Shown piece after piece: positions 10,301-21,800 of a stretch of 34,472 nucleotides of DNA (positions are counted from its first letter, which is position 1; every line of letters starts with the position of its first letter). The DNA is taken from IMG/VR virus record IMGVR_UViG_2878528002_000001, positions 1 through 34,472 of that record; one strand, written 5' to 3'. Made by a program: the position numbers and the translations under genes. The stretch is from a virus. Taxonomy: Duplodnaviria > Heunggongvirae > Uroviricota > Caudoviricetes. The notes beneath the pieces were generated by a model. That model did not search any database. It was given only the letters and a program-made list of their open reading frames with translations, and was not told the DNA's origin.

Positions 10301-12199
10301 ACCCCCTATATTGCCAGAATCTGTAGTAATATCTCCTTTAAATGCGGCAGTGCCAGTTGAATCTATATAAAAAGATGGCGTGCTAATAATACCATTAGAT
10401 AAATCTATAAAAGTACCTGCTTTAGAAAAATTCTTATCTGCAACATAATTCAATGATTTTATTGCATCTGTCGCTAATTCTAAAGATGTAATAGCATGTG
10501 ATTTAATATTTCCTTTTTCAATAATTACAGATTTTCCGTTAGAATCCTTGATTATAAATTGATTTGTAATTGCCTGAATCATTCCGTCCGTAAGGCTTAA
10601 TTCAGTTGAACCTGAAGACGTATTAAATACCTTCCATATAAAGCCATATAAATTTTGAGTAGATTCAGAAAAGAAATTAGAAATAGTACTGCTGACAATT
10701 TGCCCATTTTCGTCTTTATAATCTATCGTATCTGTACGCGAAATTTTATTAGAAATTTCGCCATTAATTTTATCTACAATAGATTCTACTGTTGCAATAG
10801 TAGTAATAGAAGTATCAGTAGAAACAACATCTCCATCTGCCTGTCTCCACGGTGAAGGATTTAATCCTTTTTCTAATTGAAAATTTCTAATTTGAACGTC
10901 CATATTTGTACCGTATAAGCATACAGCCAAATAATTAGAAACCTCATCAAAATCAGTTGGGATAGTAAAAGGCAAATATCTGCGTGAAAAATAAAACTGA
11001 CTAATTCCATCATTTACGCTATCACCATCATTAATCCATGATATATCAGAAGATGACACAATTTTTCCAGAAGTATTTTTATAGAAAATTTTCATTCCAA
11101 AAAGAGTACTTTGATTAATTGTTCCGCGAATAGCAAGAGAGTAGACATAATGTTGTTTCCTTTTGAATTGAATGCCAGAAATGACAGAATAAAAACCACT
11201 TTCGGGATTAGTTGCATTGGAAGTAACAATTCTTTGTGAATCTGTTTCTGCATCTAATATATTTTTTGAAACATTATTTTTAGATTCAATAGTCCAATTA
11301 CATAAATCAGAAGTATATTGTTTCACACTTGCTGTATTAGTTAATAGATTTACACCGCCAACTTCAATATCATCTACATCATGCAATCGTAATACAGTTG
11401 TAGTGTCATAATATTTATCATCATTACTCAAACATTTAAATACTATAGAAGTAATTGAATTATTAAACAAAGCACAATCTTTTGCAATTAAAAGAGAATG
11501 AGTCGTTATAACACTTCGAGACTTTAAAGATAATTTTGCACCAGAAACAGATCCACCATCTATAATATTAAGTGTTGAATCTGTGACCATATAATCAGCA
11601 TAAACAGAAAGAGTCTTATTGCTTACAACAAGCTTTCCAATAGAATCAGAAATCTTTAAACCGTATTCTCCATCAACAACATCTTTCCATGTTATGCCAT
11701 TATCAAGGCTATATTGCCATTTATTAAAAGATAATCCCCCCTGAAAGATTGGTGTTAGTCTAATAATATTTGGTGAAAAATTTTCGCCGCCGTCAGAAGA
11801 TTTAAATACTAATCCATTAGAATAAATATCTACAGCTTTTGCCGGAATTCCTTCTTTCGCGCAGCTCCAAGTGACGCTTTTATTTACTGTACTTCCTTCC
11901 ATTGTAATAGGAATAATAATAGTTCCGTTATCCGCGGTAATAGTTGTATTGCTATTTACCGCGAATTTTACAGAATTGGCTGTTTTTGTAGTGGTAAGAA
12001 AACTTGGTGCTTGAATTGTTCCGATTGAAAAATTCGTCTTCTGAGCTGTTCCTTGATATACTACAATGTCACAAGTATACGTTTGTGCGCCAGAAGATAC
12101 TCTGTTTGAATCTGTAGATATATGTATGGAATCATTTGATACAATTACAGAAAACGGCTCGCTTAAATCAGAAATAGTTATACTTCCATAAGCGATCAA
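7370..12199 (-). CDS. Tail fibre / host-specificity protein with collagen-like and carbohydrate-binding-like segments
   Basis: 1609 aa with a TTG start behind AGGAGG. Contains a GXY collagen run, Ala/Ser/Thr coiled-coil repeats, and two GG.NL...(QL/KI)EKG...W modules typical of siphovirus fibres. Confidence 0.85.
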   Translation of the reverse strand: MIAYGSITISDLSEPFSVIVSNDSIHISTDSNRVSSGAQTYTCDIVVYQGTAQKTNFSIGTIQAPSFLTTTKTANSVKFAVNSNTTITADNGTIIIPITMEGSTVNKSVTWSCAKEGIPAKAVDIYSNGLVFKSSDGGENFSPNIIRLTPIFQGGLSFNKWQYSLDNGITWKDVVDGEYGLKISDSIGKLVVSNKTLSVYADYMVTDSTLNIIDGGSVSGAKLSLKSRSVITTHSLLIAKDCALFNNSITSIVFKCLSNDDKYYDTTTVLRLHDVDDIEVGGVNLLTNTASVKQYTSDLCNWTIESKNNVSKNILDAETDSQRIVTSNATNPESGFYSVISGIQFKRKQHYVYSLAIRGTINQSTLFGMKIFYKNTSGKIVSSSDISWINDGDSVNDGISQFYFSRRYLPFTIPTDFDEVSNYLAVCLYGTNMDVQIRNFQLEKGLNPSPWRQADGDVVSTDTSITTIATVESIVDKINGEISNKISRTDTIDYKDENGQIVSSTISNFFSESTQNLYGFIWKVFNTSSGSTELSLTDGMIQAITNQFIIKDSNGKSVIIEKGNIKSHAITSLELATDAIKSLNYVADKNFSKAGTFIDLSNGIISTPSFYIDSTGTAAFKGDITTDSGNIGGFVIGASAIHSKDKSSVASISQGIYFANDGQFNFGNASQYVKFYRVSEGKYKLAIAVEDLFIGSSNVADAIEDVKKTADNAASVASSASSAASTANSTANAAKSTAEGASKTASDAKSTADSASQVASNASSVAGTAKTTADQAKSTADTATKNLTALTTKVTEAETTIKKNKEEIELRAKKTEVTEAIDNINIGGRNLAKNTATLPIGNGTWDTGTWRRSGTGSISNVDINDSPIPSITKGILVTRKDNTSQIGFCQDDFAGLRSGETYTVSAWVKCTENAKVKLQTHWSNKDDVSGVGDPVAVEANKWTRITLTKSPTKDCLQSIAYIYLYTGSSNCEMYVCGIKIEKGNKVTDWSPAPEDYYTKTETDASIKVLSDKITQQVSTTDDLGKRMSKVEQDSSSWSVTLETANAAKSAADNANKNASSAVSTAQNTVKSTTEQFYKSTSPTSLSGGSWSNSQPTWENGKYIWKRTYVVKNNGTTEYQPSANGVCITGSTGAKGDKGDKGATGAQGPQGEKGATGAQGPKGLQGEKGATGATGPQGSTGKGLKSAVDQYYLSTSNTTQSGGSWSNTQPSWVSGKYIWTRTYQTWNDNTTTTTTPVLADALNKANSTSSEAMGTATQAKSIANNANSTASSAKSTADTARKEASNAAKTATNYMKFDISGLTVGNLTKNTLGRNVNIDDRSVNIRNGSNVLSSFAESLIEIGKNTSTATISFLNGIVKLIGQKQTIEGTTFYDAHLLSTDMMTIGTGSTDPSSDKVNALISLNGMSGEREVLASVTDTQGHSTLTVRDSSASLYSDGDAGYSSVNVITNKSTSQVEIHTNGSNGNRALINYSHAIQYYNNSTLLAAYNGQTPCLWDGFVWMRADQTATLSAPISQQPHGIIVIFALYDPTTGGVTNVMTNPYFVPKTAINYDYVFTMFWESGWKAGVKRVSVQDTQIVGNAQNDKATFKASSGITLDERWFVLRRVYGV
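8540..8990 (-). repeat. Collagen-like GXY run flanked by duplicated Trp-rich fibre motifs
   Basis: [46 protein letters not shown] lies between [27 protein letters not shown] and [27 protein letters not shown]. Coordinates approximate. Confidence 0.85.
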
Positions 12200-12222
12200 T
12201 TTTTATCCCTCCTTTCTTTTAT

Positions 12223-12714
12223 CTAAGCGAATACAGATAAAAATTCAACATCGTCCATAGTGAGAGATGTATCGTCCTTTAAATTAGAAACCTCGGCATC
12301 AAAGTCGATCACATATATGTCGAATTCTTTCTGCTCTTTAGCCAACTCCAAAAGAGCCATTTGAATCTCTTGGTATTTTGTGGTGAATTCGTCCATATAT
12401 TCAGGTTTGACTTGGCGAGCAGGAACTTCTTTTTCTTTTCCATCAACCATCTGCTTTACAGTAATCTGTTGTCCTTTTTCATCATTCATTACATACTCAT
12501 CTTTAAGAGCAATTACTTTTTCTTCTGTAAAGGCTATAAAATCGGAAATCTGCGCCGTCATAATATCAATATCTCGTTTGATGTTCCACTGTGTAGAAAG
12601 AGAAAAGATGTTGAATTTATCCTTTGTTTTTTCGTCTGAACGTTCTTTCTTATAATAATCCAATACCATTTTAATATCGGCGATGCTCATTGTTTTATGA
12701 ATTGTTTTGTTCAA
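12223..12714 (-). CDS. Hypothetical phage tail-module protein
   Basis: 163 aa, AAGGAG RBS with TTG start, co-oriented in the operon. Confidence 0.75.
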   Translation of the reverse strand: MNKTIHKTMSIADIKMVLDYYKKERSDEKTKDKFNIFSLSTQWNIKRDIDIMTAQISDFIAFTEEKVIALKDEYVMNDEKGQQITVKQMVDGKEKEVPARQVKPEYMDEFTTKYQEIQMALLELAKEQKEFDIYVIDFDAEVSNLKDDTSLTMDDVEFLSVFA

Positions 12715-12732
12715 TTTCGATACTCCTTTTGA

Positions 12733-14718
12733 CTAATTTATTTCGCATTTACAAGTAAAATTTATTTTTCGATTAACTACTGTACTGTCCAAATAAATTG
12801 CTTTACCAGTAGCATAAGGTTTTGTTTTATCTAATTCATTTCCTGATGCATCACGCCTGTACCAACTATAGACTGCTTTTGGCTGTTCACTTGCCACTGC
12901 CTCAACCCATGAAGTTCCGTTATATTTCATCAGTGAAACTGATTTCTTCGTGGAATCAAGTTTGTAGAAAAACGTGCCACTTGTCGGACTGCTCGGATAA
13001 GCCGCTCCAAAAGATGTTGTTTTAATCGCGTCAAGTTCTTCTCCGTTGCGAAGAACAAGCGCGTAAATTGCGCCAACACCAGATCCGTTAATAATCTGTT
13101 CTCCCAATGTAGAGAAGCATCTTATTTCTATCGGATCAGTTTTATCCGTTACTGAATAAAAAGCAGTATAAGACTTATTATTATAAGTAGCAGTACATTT
13201 GAATGATGCTACAGAATCAACCATTGCGGGTGTAACTGTAATCTGACTTCCTGTTGCATTTGAAATGTTTTCATAAGCAGAACCAGTAAATTTAGACCAC
13301 TGATATGTGATACCAGAAGTAATTACAGAAGTTCCGCTTGATAATTGAGCCTTTAAAATAACATTATTTCCATCATTGAGAATTACGGTAGAACTATTAT
13401 CAGCCACCATAATTTGAAGAAGAATCGCACTTTCACCAGATGCGGCTTGAATACGTTTTGTCCATGAGAATTTATGCGTAGAAGTTACGCCAGAGGTTGT
13501 GAATGTGATTGTTATGTCGCCTGATTCGGCAAAAGATAACGTCGCACCTTTTGCTACAGCAAGGACTAAAGTTCCGCTTGTTGTAGTGGTTGCATTCGTA
13601 TTAGTTTTAACTGTTACACCAGATGGAAGAGTACCGACACTCGCAGTTCCCGCAACTCTATTGATTCCCTTATAACAGTCAAATGGAATGATGATATCTT
13701 TAGATTCCACGACAGTTCCAGATGTGCTGCACGGGATAATCTCAGATGAATTTCCTAATACAACGTTAACAGCTCCTTCGCCCGCCGCGCCTTGCTGTCC
13801 ATCGCGAAGCTTGATGATTTGATGTGTGTCATAAACCGAAGGATCTTCTGTTACTGCTTTGATAGTAACAATGTCGTCCACAAAAACATCATCGGTTGCC
13901 TTTACGATCAAAATATTGCTCACAGTCGCTGCAATTGGCGTTTCGGTCGGAGAATCAGCAATTACATCAGAAGTAGATTCTTCTGTAGTTTCTACAGGGT
14001 CACTTGTGATTTCTTGTGGATAGTCAACAAATTCGCCTTTTGCATTTTTGTATTGCCATGCAACAATTTTGGTATTTGTAAGATTCGCGGTAAGCGTTAT
14101 CGAACCCGCAGAAACAAGTTTTCCTGTACTATCATATTTAAACGTTGTGTCGCCTAAGATACTACAATCTACCAACTCGGGAGCATTCTTTACCAAAGAA
14201 TACGTCATTTGTGTTTGAGTCTGCAAAGAAGAATCACTTAAAGTGTCAACATATTTGATAGAACATGAGTATGTCAGAATTCCTTCTTCTATATTAGACA
14301 ACATATTGTCTGTTACGACTAAGCTTCCGTTGACAACATTTTCGCCCGTAATCAAGTCAGTTATTTCACCAGAACCAGCTTTACGTTTCCACTTGATTTC
14401 CAAAAATTCAGATGTCAGCGTGATTTGATCATTGTTAAAAAACACAACAGGCGTGATTACAAGATTATTTGTTTTCCAGTTTGGCATATACTCGTTCGCA
14501 GAGTTTGGATCATAAACAACCATTAATGGTTGAGAAGACGTTAGATATGCCGACAATTTACCGATGTTCGTCAAGTCGGTTATAGTAATACGCCCATATG
14601 CCAGAGGCTTTCTGTCTGTCATAGTTGAACCATATACATTTGTATTTTCACCATAAATCAATGTTTGGTTCGTAGCAGTTGAATTATCATTATATAGGGC
14701 TTTGTCTACAACTTTCAC
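12733..14718 (-). CDS. Minor tail/baseplate protein with Ig-like beta-rich repeats
   Basis: 661 aa, Thr/Ser/Val-rich, with repeated YQW/YSW strands. The AYGRITITDL motif is shared with the fibre N-terminus ([10 protein letters not shown]). Confidence 0.75.
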   Translation of the reverse strand: MKVVDKALYNDNSTATNQTLIYGENTNVYGSTMTDRKPLAYGRITITDLTNIGKLSAYLTSSQPLMVVYDPNSANEYMPNWKTNNLVITPVVFFNNDQITLTSEFLEIKWKRKAGSGEITDLITGENVVNGSLVVTDNMLSNIEEGILTYSCSIKYVDTLSDSSLQTQTQMTYSLVKNAPELVDCSILGDTTFKYDSTGKLVSAGSITLTANLTNTKIVAWQYKNAKGEFVDYPQEITSDPVETTEESTSDVIADSPTETPIAATVSNILIVKATDDVFVDDIVTIKAVTEDPSVYDTHQIIKLRDGQQGAAGEGAVNVVLGNSSEIIPCSTSGTVVESKDIIIPFDCYKGINRVAGTASVGTLPSGVTVKTNTNATTTTSGTLVLAVAKGATLSFAESGDITITFTTSGVTSTHKFSWTKRIQAASGESAILLQIMVADNSSTVILNDGNNVILKAQLSSGTSVITSGITYQWSKFTGSAYENISNATGSQITVTPAMVDSVASFKCTATYNNKSYTAFYSVTDKTDPIEIRCFSTLGEQIINGSGVGAIYALVLRNGEELDAIKTTSFGAAYPSSPTSGTFFYKLDSTKKSVSLMKYNGTSWVEAVASEQPKAVYSWYRRDASGNELDKTKPYATGKAIYLDSTVVNRKINFTCKCEIN

Positions 14719-14740
14719 TTATAATATTACCTCATTTCAT

Positions 14741-17700
14741 TTATTGTGTTGCTGCTAAAGGCATGAAAAAACATTCATACGTAACTCCATACAAAATATC
14801 ATCCTTAACAACTTGCAAAGTTTTTCCGATTATATGTTTTTTATTCCATGTCGTATCAGCTGTACCATCAGAAGATTCTCTTGTCCATACGAAATTCTTG
14901 TCTTCAAACTTTGAAGTGACGTCAATTCCTGACTGGTATAGTGTTACTGATAGAGTAGTATCACGAATTTCGCGAGTAAATACACTTCCGTTTGAAGATG
15001 AAATTCTTATTTCATATGGTGCAGAAGAAGTGATTTTGTTACTTAATTCCGTAAGAGAATTATTTACATCTTCTTGGAATGAAGAATATTTTACTCCAAA
15101 TTTTTCTCCATCTTGATATATATTTGCAATATCAACTCCACCATATTTATTTGCTTCCACTACAGAAAATCCAAGTTTGTTTTTTGCGATGGTTTTGTCA
15201 GTAATCATATCATTGACAATCGTATTGTTAGGAATACCATCTTTAGTAATTCCATTTTCGTCAAACATGGCGGTTTTTCCATCTTCTCCACGGACAATGA
15301 AATTAAATTTTCCGTTTCCGTCTTGTCCAATCTGAACACGGATATTCCCATTAGAATCATAGAATTGCTGTGTAGATTCAACGAATGCGATTGTTGGTTT
15401 ATTGTCTTTTCCGATTAGAGTAATAATATCAGCAGAAGCACTATGTGTCGCCAAATCTGCAACAGAGATTTTTTTTGCAATCAAGTCTGTGATTACCGCG
15501 TCATCAATTGTTACGTTTTTCGCGGTTAAATGAATAGTTCCAATCTCACCGATTCCAGCATTTCCGGCAAGTAATGTTTTGATATTTGCCACATCCGCAG
15601 AGATTACTTCAAAGTCACCGAATTTCGCAAAGAACTTATTGAAACTAGCTTCGTCACCAGTAATCTTGCCAACATCAATTGTTGCAGCGTTCATGTAATC
15701 TACGATAAGAGTATTTACTCGCGCTTCGTCAAAGTTAACAGTTGTGTTACCTGCGATATTACTGACAGTAGTTTTAAACAGATTCATTTTCATCATCTGT
15801 TGAAGCATCGCGGTCATATATTCTTTTTCATCAGAAGAATTCCCAGTACCTAGAGAAACACTGTTTTTAGCACCACGATAATTCTCATCGTCAATTAGTT
15901 CTGATAAGTCAGTACGACCAGAGCGTGAAGTAATCATGCTTGAAAAATCTATGCTTAAATCAGATGTGATTTCGCACGGATTATAAGTAATGCCTGTAAC
16001 TCTGACTTTTACACTATAATCATCTTTAATTCCTAGTCGGATAAAATTCAACAGTGCAAGTTGAGATTCCCAATCTTCAAACTCAGGAATTCTGTAAAGA
16101 TTATCAAGGGTTACAGAAAACTTATACTGAGGTTGCGCAGCTTCGGAAAGCTTATCCATCGCATCTTCGTATAATTCAAGTTCTTTATCAATTTTGGTTT
16201 TAGTGGTATCAAGAGATGTGGTTAAGATATTATTGTTCTGATAATCCGTATCATGGAATAATGAATGAATTGTGATTAGGTCGGAAGAAGTGAAACCAAA
16301 AGACTCATTTTCTAAACTTACTTGATTTGCAAGGTTATTACGTTGAGTGTTAATTTCCTTAATTTTATCGTCATGAACTTTTTTCTCGGCTTTTCGCGCG
16401 TCAAGTGCTTTACTAATATTGGTTACGTTCGTAGCTGCTTCTGTATATTGCTTATGATAGTTGTTGTAATTCTCTGAATTGGTATGCTTTTTCTTTTCCT
16501 CATCGGTCAAATCGTCCCACGCTTTAGCATACTCGGACAGGGAATCTAAATTATTTTGATATTCTTTTTGTTTGCCTTGAAGTTCTTCAATGCCATACAA
16601 ATCCCAATTTGTTTCCCAATCTTTAATATAGTCCGTCTTTTGGTCGTCTGGCTTGTTAAGGTTTTCAAGAGCAATTTTGATGTTTGGAATGATATAATTC
16701 AGGGTGTCATAGTACGTATAATATCCACCATAACCATTCTCGGCATTATACAAAGCTTGTAAATATCTATCATGGTCAATTGAGCCATCGACTTTTTTCC
16801 ACGGCTCATAACCAGAGTAATCTTTACTGTCACCACCTGTCCATGATGGATCTACAGAAACTTGTAAGCTGGTAAGTAAAGTGTTGTAATATTTCAAACT
16901 TTCCTCAAGTCCCTCTTGATTCATGTCGTCCCATTGGTCGATGTTTAAATCGTCAGAAGGAACTCTGTATTGGATTTCCGTAGAAGCTTCTTTCTTATCA
17001 GCCCATTGACGGGAGATGGCAATATAAGTTTCACGATTGTCTTCGCGCGCTTTAAGCCATGTCTTTACTTTTAATATCAAATCTTCGGTCATGTATGGGG
17101 CGCGCAAAAAGTAATCCAAATTCATAATTCGATAGTCTTGATAGTTTACATCTAAAACGTCAAGATCGTCATTCCCGCGACAATTATAACGAGTGAATAT
17201 AGAATCTTCATCAACACTTACATCTATCTGTGATGCAAGATTTCTATAGCCAATAAAGATGTTAGTTTCGTATTTTGTGTCGTTCAAACTTTCCTTTGCA
17301 ATGACTTTTACTTTTCGATGAATCGTGTCAAACATAAATAAACATCCGATTCTTGGCGCGACAGTAGATGTGCAAAGATTATATAGGTTTACATTATCCT
17401 GTGAAATAGAAGGGATTTTTTTGTCTCGGATAAGTGGATCAATATCGTCTTTATCAACAGACCAACCATGAATCTTTTCCAATACAAGATGAATAAAAGA
17501 CAACTCATGATTTTTCTCGTTATAAAATTTGATGAATTCTTTCGCAAATCCAAGTTCGTTTAAGTTGTTAGTGGCAAGCTGTTCAAGGGAATCTTTTTCA
17601 CCAGTATTCACTTTGAAGTCTAACCAATCTTTATCCTCCCATTCTTTCTCAAGAGAATAAGCAGTTATTTCTTTTGTATTTTTTTTGCCGTCACCAGAAT

Positions 17701-17959
17701 CCTTTGGCTTCTGCATTTGAAACATTCCAATATCTTCAAGATAAAGGGTAATAAATGCATCCAACTCGTCATATCCATTAGACTTTACTTTGCCGTCATC
17801 CGTCTGAATATACTCATCAACCGTAAAGGTTAATTGGTCATAATCCTTTACATTTTGAGATAAACTTACGGAACTCGTCTGAACGCCATTAAGTTCAGTG
17901 ATAGGTTTAAGGTTTAGATTACATAGGTAAATCTTTTTTACATTCTGAATCATAGCCAT
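14741..17959 (-). CDS. Tail spike/baseplate hub (Tal-like) protein
   Basis: 1072 aa directly after Dit. N-terminal hub-like region, long coiled coil, and a GNIRVQIGQDG beta-rich region. Confidence 0.78.
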   Translation of the reverse strand: MAMIQNVKKIYLCNLNLKPITELNGVQTSSVSLSQNVKDYDQLTFTVDEYIQTDDGKVKSNGYDELDAFITLYLEDIGMFQMQKPKDSGDGKKNTKEITAYSLEKEWEDKDWLDFKVNTGEKDSLEQLATNNLNELGFAKEFIKFYNEKNHELSFIHLVLEKIHGWSVDKDDIDPLIRDKKIPSISQDNVNLYNLCTSTVAPRIGCLFMFDTIHRKVKVIAKESLNDTKYETNIFIGYRNLASQIDVSVDEDSIFTRYNCRGNDDLDVLDVNYQDYRIMNLDYFLRAPYMTEDLILKVKTWLKAREDNRETYIAISRQWADKKEASTEIQYRVPSDDLNIDQWDDMNQEGLEESLKYYNTLLTSLQVSVDPSWTGGDSKDYSGYEPWKKVDGSIDHDRYLQALYNAENGYGGYYTYYDTLNYIIPNIKIALENLNKPDDQKTDYIKDWETNWDLYGIEELQGKQKEYQNNLDSLSEYAKAWDDLTDEEKKKHTNSENYNNYHKQYTEAATNVTNISKALDARKAEKKVHDDKIKEINTQRNNLANQVSLENESFGFTSSDLITIHSLFHDTDYQNNNILTTSLDTTKTKIDKELELYEDAMDKLSEAAQPQYKFSVTLDNLYRIPEFEDWESQLALLNFIRLGIKDDYSVKVRVTGITYNPCEITSDLSIDFSSMITSRSGRTDLSELIDDENYRGAKNSVSLGTGNSSDEKEYMTAMLQQMMKMNLFKTTVSNIAGNTTVNFDEARVNTLIVDYMNAATIDVGKITGDEASFNKFFAKFGDFEVISADVANIKTLLAGNAGIGEIGTIHLTAKNVTIDDAVITDLIAKKISVADLATHSASADIITLIGKDNKPTIAFVESTQQFYDSNGNIRVQIGQDGNGKFNFIVRGEDGKTAMFDENGITKDGIPNNTIVNDMITDKTIAKNKLGFSVVEANKYGGVDIANIYQDGEKFGVKYSSFQEDVNNSLTELSNKITSSAPYEIRISSSNGSVFTREIRDTTLSVTLYQSGIDVTSKFEDKNFVWTRESSDGTADTTWNKKHIIGKTLQVVKDDILYGVTYECFFMPLAATQ

Positions 17960-18765
17960 CCACCAACCTTTTTGTACGGATAATCAAATTCAATCTTCAA
18001 TTTTCCCGTGCCATTAACTGTAAGATTATTTGTGCCAGGCAAAAATCTGAGCCAATAGATATTACTTACATCTGTCCACCCTAAATCTTGATAAGTAAAA
18101 ATTCCAGACGTAGTGCCGTCTTTTGGAATACAGTTTTTACAGTCGAACACCATAGGAAGATTTTTTTTGGCGGAAATTTTCATAGAATTGGAATTATCAG
18201 ATTTGTTAATAATCTCAAATGTAGCAGAAGTAGAAGATGTGATTGTGATTTTAGGATATATGTATTCTTCAAGTTCATCTGTTTCACAATTTATAGTAAA
18301 ATTACTTGTTGTAGAAATAGTATAGTCTTTTGAAAAACTGAACATTGGGTAGGCAGAATTATTCGTAAAAGTGAACATTGCTCCTGCAAAACCACCTGCA
18401 CATGGATACCAATCGGTTTTGGTGAATTTTCCACAATAAAATTCTTCATTTTTTTTATTATCACAATCATAAAAATAAAGTTTTTGGGAAATCTTCGGAG
18501 AAGTAAGCCATGTTTCAATAGTCCGTTGCTCGGCATCTGTAAATGGAGTCTTATCTTTTTTTATAATTCCATACTCAATTTCAAGAGATTGGTATTGCGT
18601 TCCATACTCATTTGCGATAGGACGGGAGATAGTAGTATCTCCGATAATGTTATCTCGTTGATGTCCCGTTACGGAATCACTATTGTTAAAAGTCCCCAAT
18701 ATTAATTCGGAACTTGGAATAATATTTTTAGTCGATTTTCCATTATAAATAAAGCCTTTTACCAT
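17950..18765 (-). CDS. Distal tail protein (Dit-like)
   Basis: Follows the tape measure gene. F.YNGKS N-terminus and WLRFLPGTNNL.V.G C-terminus are typical of Dit. Start placed at ATG 18765 behind AAGGAGG. Confidence 0.8.
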   Translation of the reverse strand: MVKGFIYNGKSTKNIIPSSELILGTFNNSDSVTGHQRDNIIGDTTISRPIANEYGTQYQSLEIEYGIIKKDKTPFTDAEQRTIETWLTSPKISQKLYFYDCDNKKNEEFYCGKFTKTDWYPCAGGFAGAMFTFTNNSAYPMFSFSKDYTISTTSNFTINCETDELEEYIYPKITITSSTSATFEIINKSDNSNSMKISAKKNLPMVFDCKNCIPKDGTTSGIFTYQDLGWTDVSNIYWLRFLPGTNNLTVNGTGKLKIEFDYPYKKVGGWL

Positions 18766-18789
18766 AACTCCTCCTTTCATTTTTTTTAG

Positions 18790-18820
18790 AAAAAGAGCTA
18801 CTCCGATGAAAGAGTAGCCC
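18790..18820 (-). terminator. Terminator-like hairpin between the tape measure and Dit genes
   Basis: GGGCTACTC-loop-GAGTAGCTC followed by TTTTT on the minus strand. Confidence 0.6.
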
Positions 18821-18837
18821 CTTGAATTAGACAGTTA

Positions 18838-21800
18838 TTATGTTCTCCTGAGATTCTTACGCATCTCATTTTGAGTATATTCATTCGATTTCTTCAAAAT
18901 CGTTTTAAGGTCTGGAAGTGTATCACGTACCAGATCTCCCTGAATAGTAATAGGATTGTTATTCGTATAGTTATACACTACATTTTTATCTCCATCACTC
19001 TTGATTTCCGGCATCTTAATTGAAGAAATCATATCTCTGTTCTGATATTGTTCCGCCATATGCACCAAGGTTTCAGTGATATCATTCGGAATAATCATAT
19101 CGGATGCACCAAGTTTGGTCAGCCATCCTTTTCTCGTTACCACAATTTCACGACCATTTTCATTTGTCAGACCAATACTGTTGTGTCCAACATGGTCAGT
19201 ACCTTTTGCGTACTTCTTAATATTGCCCGCGCTCAGATTGGACGCACTGATTCCTAACTGATCAGGAGTAATATTAAACTGCTTTAAGACCTCTGCCAGA
19301 GTATTCATAGCGTCGGCAGCAGAAGCACCAGAGTTATTGATGGCATCATTTATTGCTTTAGACATCTTATCCAGATTGCCACTAAGTTCATTTGACCATT
19401 TTTCGAAATCTTCTTTGAGCTGGTCTTCAAGGTCATCGAGTCCGTCTACCTGCAAATCATAGACGTGATCGCGCACGGTATCGTCAAGGTCATCCTGCGC
19501 GTCCTTTAACTGCGCTTCAAGTTTAGCTTTCTGCGCACGAGATTCTGCATCAGTTACCCCGTCCAATGCATCTATCTGCTGTTGCAGAAGATTGATCTCT
19601 TTTGTCTTACTTTTTAGTTGCTTATCATAATCGTAATATTCCTTTTTCTTTTTCAATGCCTCTTTCCGCGCGTCAATTACCTTAAACAACGCGTCCTGTT
19701 CCTTCTGTGATTGAGTTTTCACGATGGACAGAATCTGCTGTTTATAGGAATTTGCATTCTTGAGGGCATTTTGAATATTGGAATCGTTTTCGGACATCAG
19801 CTCATCATATTTTTGTTCTCCGAAAAGCTTATTATTATAGTCATCTATAATCTGTTGACGCTTCTTAGCATAATTCTGCAAGGTGTCCAGACTGTCATTC
19901 ATGCTCTGCGCGTTTAGAGTAAGAGAGAGTGCGCCCATATCCGTAAGCTGACCAGTATCATAGTCATACATCATTTCTTCCGTTAAAAGGTCATTGATGT
20001 TGTCAAGCTTGGAGATAAACTTATCTGCTTTCTCAATCGCGCGGTCAAACATTTCTTCATACTTAGTGGTAAGCTGTTTCTGTTTGAGGTTTTCAATATC
20101 GGTATCGAATTCCTTTACCGCACTTTCAGCTTCGGCAATTTTAGTGGACATTTCAAGCCATTCGTCAGAACCTTCCTTTATAACTCCACTATCCATTGAA
20201 TTCTTGAGCTGTTCTTGCATTTTAGTAAGTTTTTCAGTTGCAATAGCACGCTGATTTGTCTGTTCTGTAATTTGCGTATCATAGTCAGAAGATTTTGTAT
20301 AGTTGCCGTGTGCTTCGGAAAGATCACGTAACTTTTCTTCTTTCTCAGCAAGTGCTTTCTGATAATCTAAGCGTTTATCATAGTAGTCAGAGATGTTCTC
20401 GAACTTGGTTTGCTCTGCCTCAATTGCTGCTTGTGCGAGTTCCGCTTGAGACTCAGCTGCATTCGCAGCTGCTTCGGCTTCGGCATTTGTTGCTATGTCA
20501 ACCTGTGTGGTTAGTTGCTCAAGGTTTGCCTGTGCATCACGTACTGCATTTGCCGTGTTGGTCAAAGATTTATTATATGCGTCAAGTTGCTTCTTGAGAT
20601 ATTTGCTCTTGATTCCTTTAGTGCTAACAGTTTTGCCCGCATTCAGCGCATTAATCTGTGAGCGATTAAGCTTGTTCTTATACTTTTTAGCAAGAGAAGA
20701 TCCCTTTTTCTTCGCATTAGCTTGATTATTCTTTGCACTCTGTAATTTACTTGCTGCCGCATTTTTCTGTGCAATAGTATCTTGTGTGTTCTTTGTAGCT
20801 TGTGCATAAGCATCTTGATTTGCCTTGTTCTGTTCCTTGGTATTCTGCAATTCCATATCCGTCAGATAATTCTGATAACCTAATGTGTCACCATTAGCAA
20901 GATATTTGGATGACTGTGAATACTGTTTCTGATATTCTGCATAAGTAGCATTTGCACTGTTATATGCAGACCTCGCGGAATTGACAGAACTTCTTGCGAT
21001 GTTAACAGCATTACTTGCGCTCTTAGTTGCAGACTGCGCATGGCTTAATACACTCTTAGAAGAATTGTTCTTCTTTAGCGCGGCATTGTATTTCTGAACA
21101 AGAGTTTTCTTCTTGCCTTTTAGTCCTTTCGTACTGAGTGCCTTGCCAGATGCGATTCTCTTTTTCTCGGAAGAAGTGAGAGTAACAGACTTGTTCTTTT
21201 TAAGTTTCTTCGTTGCACTATTAAGTGCTTTTGTATCTTTATTGGATTGAGATTTTGCACGAGATTCCGTTTTCTGCGCATTACTCAGAGATCTATTAGC
21301 AGAAGATAATCTGCTATTTGCAGAATCAAGATTTGTCTTTGCTGAATTACGTGCGTTTGCAGAGGAATTGACACTAGATTTTATCTCATTGTTCAAATAT
21401 GCTTGCGCTGATCCGCCAAGATTTGCGGTCTTTAATCGTGCTTGAATTGCTGTAAGTCCATTAAAACCATTTTTTAGCTTCTCGATTTTCTTTTCTGCTG
21501 CTTCCGTCGGCATGTTCGCCCACTGCTCGAAAAGCTCAAGCTGCTGATTTTTCAGGTCTTGGACAGCCTGTGTGCATTTTACATATTCATCATAGTATTT
21601 TGCATACTCCTGAATCTTCTCATACTGAGATTTTGTGCCACTCTTCTTACTGGAAGTAGATGTGTTATATTCGGTAATGGCATATTTACCCTCACGAACA
21701 TCTTTCTTAACTTTCGCACTAAGACCAATGGAATTCGCTTTCTTGAGGTATGCATTTGCACCCTTGCTATTGACGGTAATTTCATTGCTTATTGCGGAAA

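Noticed and set aside
7370-12199. Diversity-generating retroelement target in the fibre gene
   Set aside because: No reverse transcriptase and no template/variable repeat pair seen in this window.
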